A DNA stretch of 64,000 bases from Tubulanus polymorphus (GCF_964204645.1 NC_134027.1:20112560-20176559); one strand, 5' to 3'. Positions 40,050 through 54,205 are shown, numbered from the stretch's first letter. The notes: generated from the sequence alone by a model not told the origin. Translations and numbers: made by a program.

Positions 40050-41885
40050 AAATGCCGTGCAAAGAAAGTGAAGTGTGGTTGAAAGAGAACAGCTTTTCTT
40101 CAGAAATCGTGGATCAATTCAAAGGTAACTATCATTTATTAATCGCCTTCTTTGAGCGTAATAGGATTTAACAATATTCGTACTAAAGAAAGAATTAACA
40201 GGCCTACTCCGAATGATCAGCTGAACATTTTCATATCATTAGATAGCACTTGCTTTCTAAGGCCAAGCCAGGCTTAATGATATGAAACACTGATACGCAC
40301 ACTAAATGATATGAAAATATTTCTTGCTGTTTAATAAGAGAATTTCCATTTTAATTTTTAATTTTAAACTATGAAAAAACAATTAATGCGTAACACATTG
40401 CAGTAAAAGTTGACGTGAAGAGCTGGTGTTTTATATTGCTTACTGAGGCTAATAGGCTATAGGTCTATATGCTTTCTGAGGCGATTTTGACTCACTTAAT
40501 CAACTTCAGTGTCAACTCTTATTGCACCATGGCATTTTCAAAAACAGGATACAATTCAGTTCTGAGTCGTCGCAAGTTGTGTCATATTTTGCTTTCTGAG
40601 GTACTATTTATAGTGGCGGGTTATATTTTAGGGCGGGTTATTGATGAATATAATATATATATATATATATATATATCTAATTCATCAATAACCCGCCCTA
40701 AAATATAACCCAGGGATGTTAAGTAGGTAAGTAATGATGGCAGATAGAATTCTACCCAAGAAAATTGATAGTTGAAGTTGTTATTTAATTAAAAATAATT
40801 TGAAATTAATTGAGAAATTCTAAATCTAGGTTGTATATAGCTATCATGCACTACAATGAGAATGCAGGAAGAGTTCAAGCAGAAACCCGGAGCGGTGAAA
40901 AACGATGGCTCGTCTATTATCCAAAATATAAAGAAGGCCATACAATTTGTGAATGAAAACTGCTTCGTGCTTATTGTCGATATGGTACGGCTGGCGTGAC
41001 CGAAGAAAATAGTAGAATAGGCCTATATACACTGACAACGTTAGTCGTTTCAGTTCTATAAAATGTTATATCTATACGTCAATAAATATATGTGCCTGTG
41101 GCTTAAGCTTGCAATTTTAAGTCTTCTTTAATTTATGAAATTTTTTCTTAGATGACGTCCAAGCATTATCTGCATTGGTGGGTATGCTACACCGACCAAC
41201 CAAAAGGAAGGGAATTCGATCTGATGGTGGAACAAGTAGAATTGAAGCCATTCAACATCTTATTCAGCATAAGCCAGTGAGTTAAATTTTTGTTTTGGCA
41301 ATAGCAGGTTCATTGGTACTTGTCATTTTCAAAATTGTAACTAATCTTCCTAATTCACTGCCCAGAGAGAAGATGTGAAATCATGCCGTTGTACTTGTAA
41401 AAGTAGAGGTGATACATAGAGGCATGATTGCATTCAAATAGTATATTTCTATTTGCCTTATTAAGTAACATTGAGTTGCAATAATATAACCTGTATATTG
41501 TAAGTGATGGACTTTTCAGTCCTTTTACAAATGGGTCAGCCTCAAGTATTACAATTATCTAATACTGGTAATAATTTGTATTGCCAGGTATTGGCAAGAA
41601 ATTTGTTGGACACCCTGTTTGTGTTTTATTACCTGTAAACATTGTTGTTTACTTTTTAACTTTTTATTCACAGGTTGGTACTAGTCTGGAAGGATTTGTG
41701 ACGACAAAGAATAATCATTTTAAACAACCATTCTTACTGCATATTACTGATCAACAGGACCATAACCAATAGTATCTGGTTATTGAATCACTTGCCATCG
41801 AGGCTAGTGATTGTGGTGTAAACGCTATCGATCTCTGGTTTAAAGTACATTATGTGTTTAATTTGGAATATAGTCTTCCAGTGGC
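40050..41885 (+). pseudogene. SAMD3-like (EnSpm/CACTA accessory-protein-like) spliced remnant
   Basis: Exon-like pieces VWLKENSFS...FK|gt (~40075-40123), 41151-41277, and from 41673 QPFLL...AIDLWFKVHYVFNLEY, with a stop. Confidence 0.5.
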
Positions 41886-41914
41886 TGATGTTGGACTTTA
41901 TCTTGATATGTTGA

Positions 41915-42625
41915 TAAGGTTGTTGTTTGCAGATGACTCACAGTTATACATGGTCTGCAGGGAACCAAATACTGCTGTACCAATAATTGAAAAATGTGTC
42001 GTGGATATACGTGTTTGGATGAGAGATCATCTCTTATTTCTAAATGATTCAAAAACTAAAGTTATTTTATTCTCATCCAAATTCAGAAAAGTGAATAATG
42101 TTTTTAATGGATTATGCGTAGGTGATTCCACAATATTTCTCTCTTTAACAGTACGCAACCTTGGATTTTATTTTGATAGCTTCATGACAATGGATAATCA
42201 TATTAAACATATCTGTAAAGTGGCATCATTTGCATTATACAGAATTAGTAAAATTCGATCATTACTCGATACAGCCACTACTGAAAAGCTGGTTCATTGT
42301 TTTATCACGTCAAGACTAGATTATTGTAACAGTTTATTACTTGGAATTACAGATTATCAAATGTCAAAACTTCAAACCATCCGAAATTCAGCAGCTAGGT
42401 TACATTGGTTACCAGTTTGTAAACGTATACAATTCAAAGTTTTACTTTTGGTTTTTAAATGTATTCATGGTCTAGCACCTCCTTACCTTAGCAATTTAGT
42501 GTCTCTGTACAAACCGAGTCGTTCATTAAGGTCAGCTAATATGTTTAAACTGTCTCATGTGTCATGCAATACAATTTTTTATGGTAATCGAGCTTTTGCT
42601 TGCGCTGCCCGTTTTATGGAATCAT
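41915..42625 (+). mobile_element. CR1/L2 LINE RT C-terminal fragment
   Basis: FADDSQLY, LFLNDSKT, VRNLGFYFD, SRLDYCNSLL, LHWLPV and YGNRAF. Confidence 0.9.
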
Positions 42626-44373
42626 CTAGTTGTCCCAGGCGCCAAACAAATGCCCGCATCCCTCCCCGCCACGATGCTGACCCTTAGGAGGGGGTAGCAT
42701 AATTATCCTGTTACAAATCAAAACAATTCAATTCAATCAAATTATATTTGTAAATAAAATTCTTACGGAAAAAAAGAAACCAGGGATAACCCCCAAACCG
42801 AACGGACTCACCTTTATGAGAGTGAATACTCCCTAATATCCTAATTCCCAGATTTTTACGGCGAAAAAATCCAACGCGTTCTACTGCGAGAACGCCAAGA
42901 AAAAAGATGACGGATTTCGCCGGTGGCTAAATGCAATACCGCAGGGCTGGGTCGTATAGAAAAACCATTGGCGATAAATCCAAATTTAGAAAATATTGGC
43001 AAAAACCATAGGAAAGGGTACAGTACTCGACGGAAATATAAGCTGTTGTATTATTAGTACTGATAAATGATTTTATGAGTCCCCTTTGCCTAATAAAATT
43101 AAGGTCTGTAAACCTATGTTCCTGTACATATCCGATGAAGACACTGTAGTGACGTAACTTAGTACATGTATGAATAAAACTAAAAGTTAGTCTATAAAGT
43201 GTCAAAGATATTATTTTGTTTAAAGCTTGATACTGGTCTTGGTTATACACATGTAGACTTTTGTGTGTGTCATGTATATTGGTATGAACAAATTAAATAA
43301 AATGTTGTAAATATCTTCTTGAAAACGAATTGCTTTGTGTTTTTATTATGATTATTCAGTGGATTTGAGGTCATAGTTCAATCACTCCAACTGGAGGCGA
43401 AATGCATTTAGCTTTATGTTCAAGTCGATTAACCAATACAACGGTTCATATGACTTTAAATTGGAGTTAACTGGAAGCGAAAATTAACGTAGGATTTTCC
43501 CCTTAAGTTTAAGGCATTTCACCCGAAGAAAGGTACCAATGACCAGAATTGAAGTAAAACGCCCCTAATCTTAAGTTGAAAATTTAACTTTAAGTTAAGG
43601 TTATTTTTTCAACTTTAACAGTAAAGGTATTTTACCTTGCCTGTCGGTTATCACTGAGCTGGCTTTTGCTTAAAGGTAAAATTATCCTTATTAAAGTCAA
43701 TTCGCCTTTAAAAATTTCAGAGAGAACAGCCAGAAACATGCAGATGGTGATAACGACTCTGAATCAGATACTGATGACTTGGTAGGCAAACATTACCCAT
43801 CATTGGATATGGATGTCCATAAATAAAATAACCTGCAGTGACGGATCCAGTATGCCACATGAATAGCTATTGGGGTAGTCAACATTTCTCCTGAAACTGC
43901 TTATTATGAGCATTAGCATGGCCATCTTGTTTTTGTCTGCAGTATACAAATTTCAAAAGATTTTCATAAAGTCGTTATCATATTGAATGCTGTTCTTTTT
44001 CAGGACTCGGGCATGGCATATGTAGTTATAGGACTGGATTACAAAGTTGTAACATTGTAATACCTTATGGAAATTAATGAATTGTATTTGAAAAGAATAC
44101 ATTTAATTAGTTGGTTAATTTTGGTTTTTTATTTCACCCCAAAATATTCGTCCGTTATCATTAAGGCCCAACGTGACACATTTTTCCCAAAATTTCCCAA
44201 AAAAATGTTTCAAAAATTGAAAATGAGACTAGCATTCGTTATTTTGATGCTTCAGAAGTAAAAATACCTAATACCATAATTTTCACTCTTGGGCCTTCCA
44301 GGGTTTTGAAGTTCTGTTGATGGAAATGATTAATGATGTCACTGCAGCAGAGTAGCTAAAATATATTAATCAG

Positions 44374-47363
44374 GGGCCGGTTTCACAAAGCGTAATTAAC
44401 CCTTAATTATGATTAAATCACTAATCATGATTAAATTATCATTATTTAATCAAGTTAGGTGTTTCACAAAACGTAATTAACTTTAATTATAATTAAGTTA
44501 ATTACAAAATTTAATTCTCCTCTAGAGTGTAATTAAACCATTTAATCATCATTAGTTTATCATTAAAAACAAAAAGCTGCAGATATTATTCATGGAATTT
44601 GGTGTTTATTAATTGATGACGGCAATTCCTACACTTATTCAGTTTTTCAGATTGTTTGGCTCAAATAATTTGGATTTTTTGCCTTTTGTAAAATGTCAAT
44701 ACTCTAAATTCTATTGATTTATTTTCAAACGTCCTATGTTTTTGTCAGCACGACCACCACATACTTAGAAGTATTGAATTAATTGATTTTGTCCATACAT
44801 ATGATAGATTTCTGTCAGTAGAGTACATATCCATGGAGTAAGTGTTAAAAAGTGCTAATCACTGCTCGGAAATAAACCCCATTTACGAGGATTTTATTTT
44901 GCTGACTGGAGGTGAGTTTCTATTTAAAAACTTTTGAGACATCTTGCTAAGTTTTTCCACTGGTTCCTGAGACCTTTCAGAGCAATCTTTAACTCCCAAA
45001 GGAGTGAATTTCTCTTTTCCTCTAAACAAGTAGGGATTTCAGGTTGAAAATTTCTATGTGTCCTATGTGTCTTTCTAATAGCTTAAAATGAAGAAGGGGA
45101 TAGCATAAGCATACAGCACTTTACAGAATCAAAATTGGTCAAGCGGTTCAAAAGTTATAAGCAATCTAAGGGTGGAAATTTGGGGTATTTTTGTCATTCG
45201 ATTGCGCAATACACTCTAGTTCATTTCCGATGAAAGTATCAGACAGGAAGTGTCTAGGTTTTGCTGCTTTTTAGCCACATAAAGGAATTAAATTCAACAT
45301 TAAAACCAATATAACTCCGAGAATTTTTATCTGTTTAAAACCAAACTTGGTCAGTATGTTGTCTATACAAAGTTTGTTTAGATTCATGTAAGTAATTGCA
45401 CAAATATGTAAATTAGGCTAATTTGCATACTAATTATCTAATTAATACCCACTTCTATAACCATTAACACGCAATACTATAGTTTATTTCTCAAGATAAA
45501 TGATACTTAAGACATGGAATATCAATTTTGAGATAATGTACCGGAGATATCGTGCATCAGGGTGATACCGATTACCACGGTAACCATAAGGTAAGTATCA
45601 AGGCGGCCATCTTGAATCTAATTAACTACATCTTTAATGTATTTAGTTGATTCGATATGGCCTTATAGACCTTTATTATTTGAAATAACTAATCTTAGTG
45701 GATAAGTTCAATGTTTTAAAGCCTTCTGAAATAAAAGATACTAATAATATCATTATATTTCAGATACTCACTTGCCGCAGAAGAATAGGATAAAGCGTTG
45801 AAGAGATCTATGTACTACATGGTTTTCCGAAATTAAATCAAATTGAAATGAATGGAAAAGCCTTTGTTTTTCTTTAGAGATCCCTAGGCCCTAACAGATT
45901 TACCCATGAAATATCTATATCATGATATCTCAAATTGAGGCTCGAGGAATGGCGGCCATCTTGTTTTGCGTCGATATTTCATCGGAAAGTCAATTTTAAA
46001 AAAGTATGTCATGTTTGGTATCTAATTAAAGGTCTCCTTCTAGGCAAGTCATTCGAATGAAAAAGAAAATTGATAATATAATCCTCTAGAATATATTCGA
46101 TTAACCATTGGTTGGTGGGTATTTTAGGCCTAGCAGCGGCAGTTATTTAGCGAAAGGGTCGACAATTGGAATTGAAAAACCATGAACAAATGAATAACAA
46201 CTGCTTTTCAGGGGGATATCCTAGTATTCAAGATGAGATGATTACCTAAAGGTGAAGCAGATAGGAAAAATAAAATTTCTTTTTAGCAAAAAATGAGCTA
46301 AAATTTAGACAAAACTTGGATTCTTGTGCAAAATACTCAAAGTTTTTAAATTGGGTAGGCCTAACCATTATTCGTCTTATATATTGCCGATTTCGTAATA
46401 AAGTATGAGTTTAATGAGTGAAAGTGACGTTTTACTTGCTAAATTGACATTTAGAGTGGTAAAAATGAACCAGGAAGTGTTTTGATTAATCAGCTGGCAG
46501 CCGGTGTGAGCCGGCAGTGACCCGGATGTAAACAATTTGAAGCGCCTTGCCGACTTTAGGTCAAAATCCGCGAAAGACTACTCAATCAATCTTAAAAGTA
46601 ATAATTGAAAACAATATATAAAGTATCTTATTTTATCATGTAGTAGAGTGCAAGTTGTTAAAATTATTAATTTTAGCGTATGAGCACTTTGAAGTGTGTT
46701 TACGACGTTTTCCGAGTGATACAGGGCCTACCAAAACTTGCACGCACCGACATGCTCTACTTGAAACATGTTCTTAAAATATTCTGAGGTCAAATATCCA
46801 GCCAATCAGCAGCCGGCTCGCGGATTTGACCCAAAAAATTGCATGCGTTATTCACGTGTTTGAAAAATGCATGAACAAACATGGCCGCCATCTTGTTTCC
46901 TAGAAATGAGCCGACGCGCGCCGAACTACGACTTATTGCTCCGTAACTAGGCAAGATACACTCATGAAATTTACACCACACTAAATAACCGGTAAATTGA
47001 GTATACTGAGCAAGTTTGGCTTCAATCGGATATAGAAAACGTTTTTTATGAGCGATTGAAAATTTGAAGCGTGGAAAACGCTAATTATGACACATTTTGA
47101 TCACGTGACCTGAAATCCCTAAAACAAGGAAGGTTGTTCCTGTTGTTGATGCTTGGACAGCAAATGGCTGTCTAAAGTTCCGCCATTTTGATACAGTTAA
47201 ATTGTAATTAAGTTGCCTAATTATGTAATTAGTTAATTTTGTAATTAAACCCTTTCGTGAAACCGAATTTTAATCGTAATTAACTAATCATGATTAAGGA
47301 AATTTAATCATGATTTAGGTCTTAATTATAATTAAAGTTAATTATGCTTTGTGAAACCGGCCC
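44374..47363. mobile_element. Non-autonomous PIF/Harbinger-like element
   Basis: TIR GGGCCGGTTTCACAAAGC at both ends, 3-bp flanks CAG/CAT and TAATCATGATTA subterminal repeats. Confidence 0.8.
45031..47121. mobile_element. Nested non-autonomous TIR element with 7-bp TSD
   Basis: 14-bp TIR TAGGGATTTCAGGT and AAACAAG on both flanks (45024-45030, 47122-47128). Confidence 0.8.
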
Positions 47364-47589
47364 CATGTCTTTAAAGTTGAAGATAAAACAATCAAATTGG
47401 TTAGGAATCTTAGATACTTAGGAGACGAGCCATTCATTATTCATCTTGGAGAGAGTGATACAAACCAGTCAGAATCTGATGCGACAGGGGAGAGTCCTGG
47501 GAAATGGACTATGATTACAATATAAACATCCTTGGACAAATTAGGCAAATTTCGATGAGCTCTCCTTCCGGACCTAAAAATACAGGGCG

Positions 47590-48140
47590 ATCAGAACCTG
47601 GCAACGAAAAGGGGCCATACCTCATTTGGTCCCCCTGAAGAGCAATTGCTTGATAATAAGTTTTTCAAGCTCGAACATCGAGGAAAGCAATCACGTGACT
47701 GCCAGGAGTGTCAACTGAGCAACTGGCAACAAGACAGTTTTACTGCAGCACCAGCATTGACCAACCCGACTAGCATCCAGTTCAAAGAGATCAGAAAAGA
47801 CACTGATTCAATTGACTTATATTTCACCCTTCTATACACTGATTACGTCGTACATGTGTAAAATAAATTTCAAGTTTAGTACCTGTAAATTTTTGAAAAA
47901 ATTGACAACCTGAAGAAGCCTGCCAAGTGAAGATTACTGACGAAAGCGCAAGAAAAAGGGTTGACCCTCATTTAGTCCCCCTGAAGAGATTGCTCAATAA
48001 TAAGTTTAACAAGCTTGAACATGAGAAATGCAAACACGTGTCTGCACCGTGTGTAGAAACCAAGAAGTGGGCAACAGTCGAAGCGGCGCCTGCGTTGACC
48101 AACTGGCCATGCATCCAGTTTAATGCTTTAATGATTACCA
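47590..48140 (+). pseudogene. Two diverged piggyBac C-terminal Cys-rich domain remnants
   Basis: Paralogous segments ~47600-47860 and ~47950-48140 with P..RLL.NK...C.VC...HPV.CF.DYH pieces across frames. Confidence 0.5.
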
Positions 48141-48251
48141 CACGGGCCGCCTCCTAAAATTTGATGCCGCCCTGCTAAAAACTCAGCGACCTGCCTAATG
48201 TTTTTACTGCCCTGCTTAAATTATTTTCGGTTTCGTTGTGGTATGCGTAAT

Positions 48252-49476
48252 CAGGGTTCATTGTCTCAAGCTCAGGTGAAATTCAAGCTATTTCAAGCTA
48301 GATTTATACCATTTTCAAGCTATTTTTTAAGGCACGTTGGAAGCAATTTTCGATATTCGCTGCCGATTTGCCTATTTTTAACAGGTTCGAATAAAAATGT
48401 TAAAAAAGAGGTAAAATTTTGATTCCAGTGGACCCTCCGAGTTGATACGATACTGTTAGAGATGAAACCCGTTTATCACAATGATTTTCAGCATTTCCTA
48501 GCTTAAATATTCATATCAATCAAGATTTGGATATTAGGCCATCCCAAATTAATTGTCTGTTTTGCCGTTACACCTACTAAAATTTTTGGGATAAGTCAGT
48601 AGGAAGGTAGAATCATTTTTTTTTTGCAAAATTTTGGGGGAAAAAAAAACAACAAATTATCATCACCTCTTTTAGTGGAAACAATATCCCAAATCTGCGT
48701 TCAAAATGAAACAGCAGATTGAATACATGCACGCTATAACATTACCAGCTTTAATATAGTCACTAAGAATGAATGGCAGCTTATTGGAACACTGCCAGTT
48801 TCCTGGAAAACTTCAACTATAGTGGAGGCATGTTTTCACACTTAACTTCAAACATACGTAGCTCATACATCGGCAGTGGGTCGGCCATTTGTATCAAAAA
48901 TAAAATTCATTTCAATGAATCCAAGAAAAAAGTTTCCACTCGGTACCTTTGAAGTCGGGTCGGTCGGATGACGGCAAACAGACCTTTATTTTTGGATGGC
49001 CTAATACGAAATTTGTAATGTTCAATGACTTTGACTAGGTCGCGGTGCCTTCAACATGGCTCTCACACCTGGTGTGGGATTTCAATGCCATTTTACATCA
49101 ATGCTCGATAACATGCATGACTGAAATTTCCCCATATGTTCAAGTCTCCTCCAGACACCGGAGGGTTTCACCACAAGTCGCAGTGCAAGCGAGTCTCGCG
49201 ATTCAATACAATTCAATTAATATCTTTATTGATGCCTAAAACATGATGCACGCGTAGAAACGACTCAAGAACATATTCTGTCTGCAATTTCATCGAAAAA
49301 AATTCGCGAAGAAGAAAATTTGTGATAATCAAGCATTTCAAGCCATATCTTTTTATTTCAAGTCAAAAATAATTATTTCAAGCTTTCGATCTATTTTCAA
49401 GCTGTTTTCAAGCGCTTGAGTAGTATTTCTCAAATTCAAGCCATTTCAAGCTTTTCAAGCACCGCGACGAACCCTG
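48252..49476. mobile_element. hAT5-like MITE
   Basis: CAGGGTTC...GAACCCTG termini, 5-bp TSD GTAAT and many TTCAAGC subterminal repeats. Confidence 0.75.
48537..49001. mobile_element. Zator-like MITE nested in the hAT5-like MITE
   Basis: TIR GGCCATCC.AAA...TCTGTTT(T)GCCG, TTA/TAA flanks and a GGGTCGGTCGG motif. Confidence 0.65.
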
Positions 49477-50308
49477 GTAATTTACGGGAAGCTGAATCAC
49501 GATGACCCTACCAAGTTGTGAAATCGGATGCGTGAAATGTTCGAGTAGTTGGAACGTAGCCAACTTCTAAGATAACGGCGGTCTCTAGAATGATTTGCAG
49601 CTCAGCGTTTGGAGCCTACTATAAGTATCAACGAGAACGCACGCTGCATATAGCACGTGTCTCTGATCAATAAAGTTTGTTTAGCGTCTGTGCATCATCA
49701 ATACATGTATGGGCAAATGAAGTTTATATACATTTTTGTTGACTGCATCATTGATATTGTTTCATATATATCTAGTAGGATTTTCTTTGAGCTGAGTAAA
49801 GGTAACACATCAAAAAAGTGATATGTAGCGGTGATAGTCAGCCTCAACGTGAGTGTGACAATGTATTAATATCCCTGGCCAAGTGCCAAGTACCTGGTTT
49901 CCTGGAAAACTACAACTAAGCCACGTGTTGAGGCATGTTCTTCTCACTACACGCCGCGCTGCCTCGGCGCTGTTGCTTGTAAAATATCTTATCTTATATG
50001 TCCCATTTGATTTCATCAAAATAGATTTTAACGCTTCAAAATCGTCTCGCTTTATTTTCAAAAAAATCGCATGTAAGTGTTCATGCATTCATTCTCTCCA
50101 GTGCGTAGGTCATTGTCAGTTTCTCTAATAATAGACAACCATCATAGTAACTGAGCCACTCACCCAGTTTTCGTTGATAGATTTATTGTGATATTTGGCG
50201 TCCAGCATTAAAACCATCTGTGACTTTTCACGAATTCCAGTATGATTTTCTGTCTCAGACACTCTGAGGGGCGTTAAATTTTAAAATTTTCTTCGAAACA
50301 TACTGGTA

Positions 50309-50777
50309 CCGTAATTAAAATCGGCGTATGTCAGTAGATCGTTTTAATACCACTAAAATATTCAGACCGTAGTCGAAGTCGAGGTCGATTTTTAGACCTA
50401 CATTTCATGATTTTAAAATATATCCGGCTTATAAGTCGAGTCCCTTCTCTTAGAAGAATAATTACTTGTATCATTATATTGAATAGTTTGTTTTGATAAC
50501 GATGTGCGCCTTCACGCACACTCAGGTATAATACACTACCATACAGTGATATAGTAGTCTTGAGTCACACACTATATATAGCCTAATGTATTAAGGGCTG
50601 CTATGAGCGCGCATATATGAACACATCGTTTTAATTGAAGCTGTGTCAAAACGAAAGAAGTTTTTTCATTAAATAACTTTATTTATCATGAATAATCATT
50701 CAAGCTGTTATAGCAGTGAGAAGATGAACACTGTTAATCAAGGATTAAACACTCGATTCATATGCCGGATTTTACGG
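50309..50777. mobile_element. Tc1/mariner-type MITE
   Basis: TA|CCGTAA...TTACGG|TA with imperfect TIRs. Confidence 0.65.
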
Positions 50778-51229
50778 TAAGCTTTACTACTATCATTGAT
50801 CGTAGAGACCTATTGAGGTCATTGCAATTTTATACGCAAGAGCTAAAAATTTTGCCGCCAAAATAGTTTTTCGTAGAATTTTAACAAAGTTGACCATGTC
50901 ATCGATGGAGGTTGGCTATGTCTTCGATCGCATCGAATATACCTCGTTTAAGCCAAGAACCAATGAAACAAATGCTCACATTAAAAAACGTACCGCGATT
51001 TTACATAATCGCCTGAATGCCAACTTCAATATCGCTAACAAAGGTAAACCAAAAATTAGTAGGAAAAGTAGAATTTGCATGCTTTTTCAAACCCTGTTCT
51101 CGATTTTTCTAGACCTGGGGCACCTTTTGACAGGGGTTCATAGTGTGGCAGGTTCAAATCTCTGCCCAGGCAGAATGGCTAAGTCATCATTGCCACACTT
51201 AACATTGCATGGTCAAAAAATGAACTTAC

Positions 51230-51432
51230 CTGTATAACTGTTGGAGTTTCAGCTTGTTGCAGTTTACTTAAAACTGCTCTTAACATCAAATCTAGATCTT
51301 CGCCTAAATTCGTTCCGACTTTCGAGATTAAAATCGAGACGAGACGACCTACGAAAGCAGCCGTGTCGTCGCTGGTTTTAGGGTCTAACAATCGATTGAC
51401 AACTTGTATTACATAATACAGACCATTATGAC
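51230..51432 (-). CDS. IPO9: Importin-9 exon (last one found)
   Basis: [40 protein letters not shown]...[18 protein letters not shown] boundaries, 203 bp. Confidence 0.95.
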
Positions 51433-52259
51433 CTAAAAAAAAACAGTGAAATATACATTCGTACGTGTGTTATAACTCTTGTTCTTACCGGGGGACATAG
51501 AGACACAGGGAACTTTTGGGGGGCAACAGTTTCAGTTTGAGATTGGTCAGGTGAGATCTCCCGACTTTCGTGTTTTGTATTTGAGAGCCACAAAATGCAA
51601 TAAAATGTGCTGGCAGATATTATAGACTAAACGTCAGATCCAGACCTTATTTGCAGTACAGTCGACTCCTCTGAATCCGTTTAAGTCAGACCTGGCAAAA
51701 TCATACAGATTAACTGAAAATAAGGACTATTTGAAAATTCTCAGAATATTAATGCCTGGCCTAATATAGGCAGGAAATAGCCCTCAAGGGGTGTTTTATA
51801 CCATAATCATTAATTTTGTCACATTTTGTTGATTTGTGTAAGTTCAGAGAATATAATGCAACTTGTATACTGTTTACAAAATCATCTTTCCATTTAATTC
51901 AACCGCTTGTGCTGGTATCTAGACGGGCGCAATGTAGTGTATAGTGATTGGTTGAGAGAAATGGGGAATTCCCAAAGGAATGAAAAGTTATCAACGAAGT
52001 CTGACCTAGGCCTCATAGTTAAGTATGATTCATTCACCTTTTTTGCAATAGTGACAAGAAAATCATTGATTATGCGTGAATGGACCAATGTTAGTACGGA
52101 TAAAGCAAAAATACGGATTATTTCATACAGATTAACTGAATTATTTATTAAGGATTTGAGCAAAAAAAACGGGACTCTGAAAAAATTAAGTTACTAGAAT
52201 GTCGCTGAAAACGACTGATGCCCCCACATCAGGTGAAACGCCCGAGTGTAAAATACACC

Positions 52260-53330
52260 CCGAGTGTATGTCGACCTATTTCTGAAGGCAGTAAATGAAA
52301 AATACAAAACGGCTTCCGGTTACCTTGACCTTTGACCTACAGGACTCGAAATCAAATCAGTCACTCACGGTCTCTAGGGTAACCCATCCATTACATTTCA
52401 CAAAGTTATCTTATACAGTTTATGAATTAAGAGCCTGGAAATGAAAAATATAAAACAGCTCCTCGTGACCTTGACCTTTGACCTACAGGATCCGAAATGT
52501 AATCAGTCACTCACGGTCTCAAGCAGGAATTTATGACCCGTCACATTTAGGATAACCCATCCAAAAATTGTCACCAAATTATCTTAAACCATCTATGAGA
52601 AAGAGCTCGGAAATAAAAAATACATAACAGCTTCTAGTAACCTTGACCTTTGACCAACACGACCTGAAATCTAATCAGTTACCCACAGTCCCAAGGATAA
52701 CCCATCCATAGAATTTCAGTAAGTTATCTTAAACCGTTTATGAGTTCGAGCCCGGAAATGAAATTCATGAAATGGCTTCCTGCGACCTTGACCTTGGATG
52801 CACCAGACCCAAAATCCAATCATTTACCAAGGGGCACTATGGCCAGCCTGTCAGCTTTTCATAAAATGGCAAATGATGATGCATTCTGTGGGTTAAATTT
52901 GTCAAAATACACTCCCAGCTGAGAGTCAATACCTAATAATTTACACAATACAATCGTAGAATACAAAAGTAGCACAGACAGCGACTTGATCTGGCAGGAA
53001 CAAATACCTCAGATAAAACTTTTCCCTTGGTCTTATTGAATTTAATGCGGAATAGAATAGAATATTCTAAAATTTGCTCAATAAAACAAAATTGAATTGG
53101 ATTTGATATTTTATGCAGAATAAAATTTGATTGAATTTGTAGTTTGAGCACATGGCTAATTAGCATATCAAGGTAATCTATCCGATTTAAGAAAAAGCTA
53201 TTTTTTCTTGACTTTGCACAACGATCAATGATATTTTCTGTAGTGCTAATACAAATATTCCTCCCAAAAACCAAATCAACTAAAGCTTTCACAGAAATCG
53301 ATCTTGAAATACAATTTAAGATCTAAAAAT
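52260..53330. repeat. Helentron/HINE-like repeat with ~150-170 bp tandem units (ACCTTGACCTTTGACC) plus a segment shared with 1441-2740
   Basis: Four units near 52320, 52467, 52640 and 52785. 52826-53330 resembles 1450-1535 and 2520-2730. Confidence 0.7.
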
Positions 53331-54003
53331 AGATATTTAAACTGAAAAATATAAATGTTCATACAGAGATTTTTCAAATGACCACTAACGCAAATTTAAA
53401 AAAAAAATTGAGAGAATTTTTTCAAAACGTGAAAGTAAATGTCTTATTGTGAAATTTGATTGTCAATAAAGAATGAATTGAATTGTCGGCAGCACTATGC
53501 CGTGCATGAATACCAATTTCAAGACTGATCACGCACGCTCAACCAAGGTTTGGTAGGCGCTGCTGAAATTACAAAAACGATTAAACAAAATCATAAAACA
53601 ATGAAAACGACCACCGATATAGCCAATATACAAAAGGAACCTAGATTTTATCACTGCATTAAATGTGTGTAAATATCAGAGCCCAAGAAAGTTTCTAACG
53701 AAAGTTATCGACTCCCCAAGCAAGTTATCAATCCGTGTGATAGCAATATGGGCTTGCAAGCATGCAAGCCCATAAAAAACCATGACCTTGAAACTCACCA
53801 CGATCATAGACCATATCATGCTCTACATCTTTCCAATTGATTGTGGTAACAAAATATCCTGTCTAAGGATTGAACCACTGGTACATGACCTCGACCTGTC
53901 AGGGAATTCAGATGAACCCTTTTCAAGATCATTGGGAAAATATCACCCAGTAATAACACCAATCAATTTACATGCAAGCTTTCAGCAGACAGTTACTACT
54001 TAC

Positions 54004-54205
54004 CAGCATCATCCTGCCATTGTATAACCTGATCTAAACTGACTGACACGTAAGCTCTTAAACATTCACCTCCATTCTGCATGGCTGAATTATCATCGGT
54101 GGTTAATACGCAATGACACGCAGCTGGGAAAACCTGTTCTATCATCACAGGCGTCAATGGATGAGGGCTGCTTCTTACTAACGTCTCCAGAACGTCCAAC
54201 GCTAC
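54004..54205 (-). CDS. IPO9: Importin-9 exon
   Basis: VALDVLETLVRSS...TDDNSAMQNGGECLRAYVSV...QWQDDAG, 202 bp. Confidence 0.95.

Noticed and set aside
50164-50263. Minus-strand AG...GTGAGT segment as the next IPO9 exon
   Set aside because: No frame resembles importin-9, and the required phase-0 frame hits a stop at once.
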